DNA of 42,317 nucleotides from Chloroflexi bacterium RBG_16_64_43. GTDB taxonomy: Bacteria > Chloroflexota > Anaerolineae > Anaerolineales > RBG-16-64-43. This document shows positions 36,444-42,317 of this stretch, in pieces. The first letter of the stretch is position 1; every line of letters starts with the position of its first letter. The stretch lies in the NCBI GenBank assembly GCA_001796965.1, contig MGOA01000050.1, forward strand, positions 1-42,317, written 5' to 3'. The position numbers and the translations under genes are program-made. Below the pieces are notes generated by a model. That model did not search any database and was not told where the DNA came from. It was given only the letters and a program-made list of their open reading frames with translations.

Positions 36444-36959
36444 TCCAGCGTCTGAAGCGACGGGTGAATCGCGCGGCCCAACCGGAAACTGGTGCGCTGT
36501 GCAATAGATCAATTGGGGGAGGGCGCCTATCGGCCCCTGCTGGCGGTGACCGAGAGCCCGCGGCGGCCGCGGTCGACGTGCACGACGACCCTGGATGAAA
36601 CTCGCCCGGCACCAGGCGGATCACGATAGCTTGGCGCTGGGCATCACCGTGCCCATCTGCTTGGGGATCGGCGGGAAGGGCCCTGGGGTGAGCCCACCAG
36701 AGCCAGCAGAGCCCGCTGGGACTCGAAGGGCAGATACCGCGCGATGTTAAAAGACTCCATGCTGGGCGTCGAGCTGTGCGGATTGGGCTCGCTTGGTAAT
36801 CCGTTCGAGGATCATGAATCATCCTCGGCCTTCAGCAGGCCAGGCCTCGAGAAGCGGGACTCCGGGGTGCCCCCAGCGCAGGCTGGCAATTCTGGGGTAG
36901 CCTGACTCTAGACGGGGCTGAGTGGATTCGCATCAGTGCCTTGCCGGGGCATCGTCGAC

Positions 36960-37754
36960 TTACGCTTCGTCGACGAGAACCATCACCCGGTACGTCTCGG
37001 CAAACTCCAGGCCGCGCTGCTTGCCGTCCTCGGCTGCCCATTCGCGCATGCGTCGGCCGATGTCGGTCTTGCCCACCTGGCTCTTGTGCTCTTTGAGTGC
37101 CGCAATCTTCAGGTCGATCGACTCGGCGATATCGATCCAGGTATCCGGCTTCTCCACCCCGTGTAGGAACAGTCTGCGAACGCTGTGGGGCTCGAATCCC
37201 TCCTCGAGCAATTCGGGGAAGATCAGGCGCGTGCCGGCGGAGGGGAAGACCGCATCGCACGCGGCCTGGGCGGCGGCGCGGTGGTCGGGATGATTGACGT
37301 AGCTGTTGCCGTAGAAGTGGGCGGTCGGATCGCCGCACAGAACGACCTCCGGCTGCACTTCGCGGATGACGCGGGTCAGTGCGCGCCTCAGCCCGAGATC
37401 GGCCACGAGCTCGCCATCTGGATAGTGGAGGAAGATCGTTCGCTTCACGCCTAACACACGGCACGCGGCCAGCTGCTCCGCTTCGCGCAGCCGCGCCAGG
37501 GCCGGCCGCGAGTCCGCGCGCAGGCGCGGATCGTTGCTGCCGGCGTCGCCGCTGGTAAGCACCACAGAAACGATCTCTGTCCCGGCGCGCGCCCATTTGC
37601 CCAGCGTGCCGGCAATGGTGAACTCCTGATCGTCCGGGTGGGCATGGATGGCCATCGCCCGGCGCGGGGCCGGCGGTTCATGCGCCGGATCCACCTTGCG
37701 CACGGCCATCTCGGGGATGGAGGAATCGCTCAGGTTGGGTAGGTCTTCGCTCAT
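36960..37754 (-). CDS. PIG-L/LmbE-family N-acetylglucosaminyl deacetylase
   Basis: AIHAHPDDQEFTIAGTLGKWARAGTEIVSVVLTSGDAGS (the AHPDD zinc motif) and NHPDHRAAAQA. Confidence 0.85.
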   Translation of the reverse strand: MSEDLPNLSDSSIPEMAVRKVDPAHEPPAPRRAMAIHAHPDDQEFTIAGTLGKWARAGTEIVSVVLTSGDAGSNDPRLRADSRPALARLREAEQLAACRVLGVKRTIFLHYPDGELVADLGLRRALTRVIREVQPEVVLCGDPTAHFYGNSYVNHPDHRAAAQAACDAVFPSAGTRLIFPELLEEGFEPHSVRRLFLHGVEKPDTWIDIAESIDLKIAALKEHKSQVGKTDIGRRMREWAAEDGKQRGLEFAETYRVMVLVDEA

Positions 37755-37759
37755 GGAGT

Positions 37760-37818
37760 CCCTCGCGGAGAGGCGATGCGGGCCATTCTACTCCACGCAT
37801 CGCCTTCTGCCGCGAGGG
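37760..37818 (-). promoter_or_regulatory. Nested inverted repeat enclosing a TAGAAT -10 box and abutting the PIG-L Shine-Dalgarno region
   Basis: On the + strand, ccctcgcgg (37760-37768) pairs with ccgcgaggg (37810-37818), and ggcgatgcg (37772-37780) pairs with cgcatcgcc (37796-37804). attcta (37785-37790), which reads TAGAAT on the minus strand, lies in the centre. Confidence 0.35.
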
Positions 37819-37952
37819 TCCGCGGTCAAGGCGGGGCCAAAGACCCGCGGGCGGAGGGGCTACCGAGGCGGGCCCGCACGCAGTTGCCTTCGCGCATCTT
37901 GATGGCTGTGGCAGGGATAGGCAGACCAGTTGCCTCGCAGCGCGCCGCACGT

Positions 37953-38684
37953 CTAGGCGGCGAGGCGATAGCGGAAAAGTGCGCGAATGGCCTTGAGACC
38001 ATCCGACAAGCGGATCTTCTTCCCTTGTCCGGCCGTTCGGGGGGCGTAACGAATGGGGACTTCGAAGATGGGGAGTCCGCGGCGCAGGATCTTGGCCGTG
38101 ATCTCAGGTTCTATTTCAAAGCCGTTGCTTTCCAGCGTCACGCCCTTCAGCGCCTCGCGCCGGAAAGCCTTGTAGGCTGTCTCCATGTCGGTGAGATGCG
38201 AGCCGAACAGCAGGTTGGTGAGCAGGCTCAGAAAACCGTTAGCCAGTAGGGTTGGGGTGGGGATGTGGGAGACACTTCGCATGAATCGCGAGCCATACAC
38301 AACGGTGTACTCCCCCCTGGCGATCGGCCCGACCACCAGGGGAAGATCCGCCGGATCAAGCTCGAGGTCGGCGTCTTGAACTACCAGGATGTCGCCGGTT
38401 GCGCGAGTCAACCCCATTCGAATCGCTGCGCCCTTTCCGGCATTGCTGGGCGCCGTTACCAGGCACACCAACTCGGGGTGACGATGGGCGTAGGCCTCGG
38501 CGATGGCATGCGTATGGTCCGTCGAGCCGTCGTCGGCGACGACGATTTCCTTCTCGAGCATTCCAAGATCGACAGCGAGGACGCGATCGATCACCTCGCC
38601 GATCGTGCCTTCTTCGTTGAACACAGGGATGATGATCGAGGCCTTCACGCAACGGCCCTGGCTAGCGGAAAGGAACACATGCAT
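37953..38684 (-). CDS. GT2 glycosyltransferase, polyprenyl-phosphate sugar synthase type (DPM1/ArnC/GtrB-like)
   Basis: ASIIIPVFNEEGTIGEVIDRV, VVADDGSTDHT, ILVVQDADLELDP (DxD region), TDMETAYKAFRRE. The start is either ATG 38684 or GTG 38648. The longer ORF to 38819 looks like non-coding extension. Confidence 0.8.
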   Translation of the reverse strand: MHVFLSASQGRCVKASIIIPVFNEEGTIGEVIDRVLAVDLGMLEKEIVVADDGSTDHTHAIAEAYAHRHPELVCLVTAPSNAGKGAAIRMGLTRATGDILVVQDADLELDPADLPLVVGPIARGEYTVVYGSRFMRSVSHIPTPTLLANGFLSLLTNLLFGSHLTDMETAYKAFRREALKGVTLESNGFEIEPEITAKILRRGLPIFEVPIRYAPRTAGQGKKIRLSDGLKAIRALFRYRLAA

Positions 38685-38874
38685 TGCCGGCGCTGAGCCG
38701 AGGGCGGCGTCGCGCCGCGCAGAATGGGGTGAGGAAGCATCCGCCCGCGCGCACTTTTTGCGGCGTGGAGCCTCTTGTGGCGGGCACACGGCCGGGTCCG
38801 ACGCACATGCGCCGCCCATGACGACGGCGGTCCTGCGGCCAGGTTAGGACTCAGGGATTGCAGCGCGAGGCCGG

Positions 38875-40950
38875 CTATTCTTCGGTTTCCTCGCCGGTCA
38901 GTTCCTTCTGGCGCGCGGCGATAACCGTCTGCGCCACGTGCGACGGTACGTGCTCGTAGTGTGAGAACTCCATTGAGAAGAAGCCGCGCCCCCCGGTGAT
39001 CGAGCGCAGATCGGTTGCGTAGCGCTGGATCTCGGCCTGTGGCACGGCGGCAGTGATGATGCTTTTTCCGCGCTCGCTCTCCATCCCCTGCACCCGCGCG
39101 CGGCGCGTGTTCAAGTCCCCCATCACGTCACCCATGTTGGCCTCAGGCACTACGATGCGCACGTTCATGATCGGCTCAAGCAGAACCGGTCCGGCGCCTT
39201 GGACCGCCAACTTGAAGGCCTCGCGCCCGGCCACTTCGAAGGCAATCGGTTTGGAATCGACCGGATGCTCCTTGCCGTCGGTGATGGCGACTTTCACCGC
39301 CCCGACCGGGAAGCCCGCAATTACCCCGCGCTGCATCACGCTGCGCACGCCCTTCTCGATAGCCGGCATGTATGAGTTGGAGACGGCGCCGCCGAAGACC
39401 TCGTTTTCGAATTCGAAGTCGCCCTCGGCCAGCGGCTCGACGCGCAAGTGCACCTCGCCGAATTGCCCGGCGCCGCCGGTTTGCTTCTTGTGCCGGTATT
39501 GCGCCGAATTCGACTTCGTGATGGTCTCGCGGTACGGCACGCGCGGCACCTCCACCGACAGGCCCACTTGGAACTTGGCCTCGGCGCGGCGGATGGCCAC
39601 GTCGATGTGCTGATCGCCCATTCCCTGCAGGATGGTCTGGGTGGTCGAAGGCTCGTTGTGCCACGCGAGGGTCATGTCCTCGTCGCACAGGCGGGTCAGC
39701 GTCGGCGAGATCTTGGCCGCATCGGCCTGGGTCTTCGGGCTGACCGCCACCGAATACAACGCTTGCGGGAAGCTCGGCAGACTGAAGTTGAGCGGATGCG
39801 CCTTTTCGCACAGCGTGTCGCCAGTGGCGGTCGCGGAAAGCTTGGCCACCGAGGCAATATCGCCGGCATGCACAGCGGCGATGGCGATCTGTTCCTTGCC
39901 GTGCGGGATGTGCAGCGTCCCGACGCGCTCCTCGACGCTCTTCTTTGAATTCCACACGCGGCTGTCGGAGCGCATCACCCCCGAATGGACCCGGAAATAG
40001 CTCATGCGCCCCACGAAGGGGTCGGCCGTCGTCTTCCACACCAAGGCGCCCAGCGGTCCGCCGTCGGCGGCGGGCAACAGCTCCTCACCCGATTTGCCTT
40101 GCGCCACGCGCGGCGCCCCCTCGGCGGGCGATGGAAAGAGCTGCAGCACGGCGCGCAGAATCGGTTCGAGGCCGTTGCCGGCGGTCGAGGCCACGACGAA
40201 GACCGGCACATGCGTGCCGGCCAGCACCACCTTGCGGAAGCCGCGTTCGACTTCTTCGGGCGACAGCTCCTGCCCCCCCAGATACTTCTCGAGCAGAGCA
40301 TCCTCGCCCTCGGCCGCTGCTTCCACCAGCGCCACCCGCGCCTCCTCCGCCGCCGCCTTCAGGTCGGCGGGAATCTCGACTGTCTCCTTGCCGGCGCCGG
40401 GGCTGGCTTTCATCGCACACAGGTCGATGATGCCCTTGAAGCCCTGCCTCTCGCCCCACGGCAGCTGCACCGGCACGAGCTTGGCCATGGTCAGCGTCTG
40501 GGCCGAGGCCAACGCCTGCTGGAAACTAGCGTTGTCGCGGTCCATCTTGGCGATCAGCACGAAGCGCGGCAACTTGTACTCGTCGCAGTATTGCCAGGTC
40601 AGCTCAGTGCCAACCTCCACACCGGCCACCGAGTCGACCAGCACGATGGCGGCATCCGCCACGTGCAGAGCCGACTTGACCTCGCCCACGAAATCTGGAA
40701 ACCCGGGTGTGTCGAAGAAATTGATCTTGCTCTCTTGAAACTCGATGGGGACGACCGAGGTATAGAGGGAAATGCGCCGGCGAATTTCTTCTTCGTCGAA
40801 GTCGGATACTGTGTTGCCATCCTCGATGCGTCCCATGCGGGTGGTGTGTCCGGCCACATGCAACAACGCCTCCACCAGGGAAGTCTTACCCGAACCGCCA
40901 TGGCCGACCAATGCCACGTTGCGGATCTTGTCGGCAGCGTATTCCTTCAT
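38875..40950 (-). CDS. Elongation factor G paralog (FusA2/EF-G2-like) with variant G3 and G4 motifs
   Basis: Five-domain EF-G layout. G1 is GHGGSGKT. G3 is DTPGFPDF (the Phe codon at 40701-40699 replaces the catalytic His). G4 is AKMD instead of NKMD. Domain IV/V motifs are present (YRETI, HKKQTGGAGQFG). It is not in an rpsL-rpsG-fusA-tuf context. Confidence 0.9.
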   Translation of the reverse strand: MKEYAADKIRNVALVGHGGSGKTSLVEALLHVAGHTTRMGRIEDGNTVSDFDEEEIRRRISLYTSVVPIEFQESKINFFDTPGFPDFVGEVKSALHVADAAIVLVDSVAGVEVGTELTWQYCDEYKLPRFVLIAKMDRDNASFQQALASAQTLTMAKLVPVQLPWGERQGFKGIIDLCAMKASPGAGKETVEIPADLKAAAEEARVALVEAAAEGEDALLEKYLGGQELSPEEVERGFRKVVLAGTHVPVFVVASTAGNGLEPILRAVLQLFPSPAEGAPRVAQGKSGEELLPAADGGPLGALVWKTTADPFVGRMSYFRVHSGVMRSDSRVWNSKKSVEERVGTLHIPHGKEQIAIAAVHAGDIASVAKLSATATGDTLCEKAHPLNFSLPSFPQALYSVAVSPKTQADAAKISPTLTRLCDEDMTLAWHNEPSTTQTILQGMGDQHIDVAIRRAEAKFQVGLSVEVPRVPYRETITKSNSAQYRHKKQTGGAGQFGEVHLRVEPLAEGDFEFENEVFGGAVSNSYMPAIEKGVRSVMQRGVIAGFPVGAVKVAITDGKEHPVDSKPIAFEVAGREAFKLAVQGAGPVLLEPIMNVRIVVPEANMGDVMGDLNTRRARVQGMESERGKSIITAAVPQAEIQRYATDLRSITGGRGFFSMEFSHYEHVPSHVAQTVIAARQKELTGEETEE

Positions 40951-40988
40951 GAGGTGATCTTGCCTCCGGCATTGGGGGGTATCGAGCG

Positions 40989-41010
40989 TCTGCGCGCCTG
41001 GCGGCGCGCA
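40989..41010 (-). other. 9-bp-stem hairpin in the predicted EF-G paralog 5' UTR
   Basis: ctgcgcgcc / tggc / ggcgcgcag lies between the predicted TSS (about 41021) and ATG 40950. Confidence 0.35.
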
Positions 41011-41027
41011 GGAAAGGGCCGAACTGA

Positions 41028-41056
41028 ATTGTAAGAGATGCTCCGCCGGTTGTCAA
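41028..41056 (-). promoter_or_regulatory. Near-consensus sigma70 promoter for the EF-G paralog
   Basis: Minus-strand read: TTGACA (41056-41051), 17-nt spacer, TACAAT (41033-41028). Confidence 0.55.
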
Positions 41057-41106
41057 AACGCAGGCGGCTGGTCAACGCCGACTTCGCCAGGTGATTTGCG
41101 CGGCCG

Positions 41107-42317
41107 TCATGGCCGCGCTTTCGTCGCGCGCAGTCGCCTGGCCGCGGCGGTCGCGGCCAATGCGGCGAGGAGAAAGAGAAGCGGTTCAAACGGGATGCGG
41201 AAGCGCGCGTTCCCGGCCGCGCCCGGGGCGACGACAAGAGCCAGGACCACCGGCATGATCACCCAGATAGCCAACCAGTTCCTTGCGCGGAGGCACATGA
41301 CGAATCCGATCCCGCTGAGGAGGAAGAGCGTTGCGTAGAATGTAGTGAGCACGACCGTCAGAGCCAGCAACGGGCCGTTTGCGGTCTGGCCCCAAGCAGG
41401 CGAAAGATCCTCGTCGGACGCGGTTCGGTTCGGCAGGCTTCCAGGCCACAGGAACAAGGCAACGTAGCTGACGCCGGGTCGAAGCGTATTCAGACTATCG
41501 ACAACAACCGAGGTGATGGCCTGCAGCGGATGAGTACGAAGGATGGCCACGGCCACCTTCTGCTGATCTTGCGCAACCTGAGCCGCGTTGAGCGACGCTC
41601 CGTGCTGGTCGACGTATTCACGGTAGATGGCGATCGCATATTCCTGGCCGGCAGCCAGGGACGTTCCCTCCGCGCGCGCGAGGGTCGAGGCGGCGACATA
41701 ATTGAGCAAATTGTGCGAGCTCACGCTGGTCAGAACAGGCATGCCGAATAGGCTCTGATTCCGCACAAGCCATGGCGCGACAACCAGGCCGGCGACGCCG
41801 AACAGAAGCGCGACCCGCGGGACGGCCCAAGTCAGCTTGGACCGGCACATCTCCACCAATGGCAATCCCCACATCGCGACGAGGCCGATCGGGCGGGTCA
41901 ACACGCCCAGGCCCGCCAGAAATCCCGCCACGATCAAGTTCAAGAGGGCTGGCCGCGACGCAAACAACACCAAGGTGCCCATGAGCAAGGCGGTGTACAG
42001 AGTCTCGGGAGAAAGCACGCCGACGAACATGTAGGGCACAGCGGCAAAGGCGTAGGCCCACCCGGCGGCTAGACCCACCTCTCGCGAGGCGAAGAGCCGC
42101 CAGCCCAGTCTGACGAGCAACCATGCCGTCAGTCCGCGGAGAACGACCTGAATGATCACAACCGCAATCTCGCTGCGTGCGCTGAGAGCGAAGATGATCG
42201 CGACAAACGCAGGATACCCCGGCGTGAGGAGTATGTCGGGCTCAAATGGAGGGACGACGCTCCGCGAGAAGACATGATGTTCGAGCAGATTTACGGCGAG
42301 ACTCAAGTACTTCGCCG
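41107..42317 (-). CDS. GT-C fold glycosyltransferase, GT39/ArnT/PMT_2-like (5' end outside the window)
   Basis: Polytopic membrane protein. The motif LLTPGYPAFVAIIFAL is typical of PMT_2/ArnT-like enzymes. The reading frame stays open to the window edge, so the gene is partial. Confidence 0.65.
   Translation of the reverse strand, partial: AKYLSLAVNLLEHHVFSRSVVPPFEPDILLTPGYPAFVAIIFALSARSEIAVVIIQVVLRGLTAWLLVRLGWRLFASREVGLAAGWAYAFAAVPYMFVGVLSPETLYTALLMGTLVLFASRPALLNLIVAGFLAGLGVLTRPIGLVAMWGLPLVEMCRSKLTWAVPRVALLFGVAGLVVAPWLVRNQSLFGMPVLTSVSSHNLLNYVAASTLARAEGTSLAAGQEYAIAIYREYVDQHGASLNAAQVAQDQQKVAVAILRTHPLQAITSVVVDSLNTLRPGVSYVALFLWPGSLPNRTASDEDLSPAWGQTANGPLLALTVVLTTFYATLFLLSGIGFVMCLRARNWLAIWVIMPVVLALVVAPGAAGNARFRIPFEPLLFLLAALAATAAARRLRATKARP

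Noticed and set aside
36411-36512. N-terminal 34-aa extension of the ECF sigma ORF (MIYCTAHQFPVGPRDSP...).
   Set aside because: It contains a perfect TATAAT (36443-36438) and has no counterpart in ECF sigma N-termini. TTG 36410 gives a typical start just before the region 2 helix. The start remains uncertain.
36744-36914. 56-aa + strand small ORF (MLKDSMLGVELCGLGSLGNPFEDHESSSAFSRPGLEKRDSGVPPAQAGNSGVA) in the unassigned region.
   Set aside because: No RBS, only about 69% G/C at third positions, no recognisable motif or hydrophobic segment, and it is antisense to the surrounding transcription direction.

Overview
GC-rich bacterial chromosomal window. There are many spurious long antisense ORFs, and real genes have G/C-dominated third codon positions. 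I called genes from motif recognition alone, with no database search. The gene content (auracyanin-like blue-copper lipoprotein, LCP protein, DUF3048 lipoproteins, Rex, RodZ/MreB, FusA2-like EF-G) suggests a Chloroflexota-like or similar lineage, but that is inference.

Most of the window is housekeeping:
- Translation, repair and division genes: rplI, rodZ-like, rimO, tRNA-Arg(CCG), yebC-ruvC-ruvA, mreB.
- An F1-only ATP synthase cluster, atpA-G-D-C.
- rex, obg-nadD, glgP and an ECF sigma/anti-sigma pair.
- An envelope-glycosylation cluster: GT39, EF-G paralog, GT2 and PIG-L deacetylase.

The best candidate for an undescribed system sits at the centre of the window (about 20.6-26.3 kb, minus strand). 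It is a tightly packed, apparently leaderless three-gene operon driven by a near-consensus promoter. It encodes:
- a COG1579 coiled-coil zinc-ribbon protein;
- a membrane-anchored NACHT/HEAT-repeat STAND NTPase whose Walker A lysine is replaced by arginine;
- a polytopic GAF histidine-kinase-like protein whose H-box histidine appears replaced by arginine.

No response regulator or recognisable effector lies nearby.

Other notable items:
- a catalytically degenerate tyrosine-recombinase-like gene;
- three tandem DUF3048 lipoprotein paralogs;
- an EF-G paralog lacking the catalytic His;
- a roughly 40-50 aa insertion in AtpA;
- several sigma70-like promoters, including extended -10 and leaderless arrangements;
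- a few unexplained non-coding stretches of 300-450 nt.

I saw no CRISPR array, rRNA, transposase or prophage.
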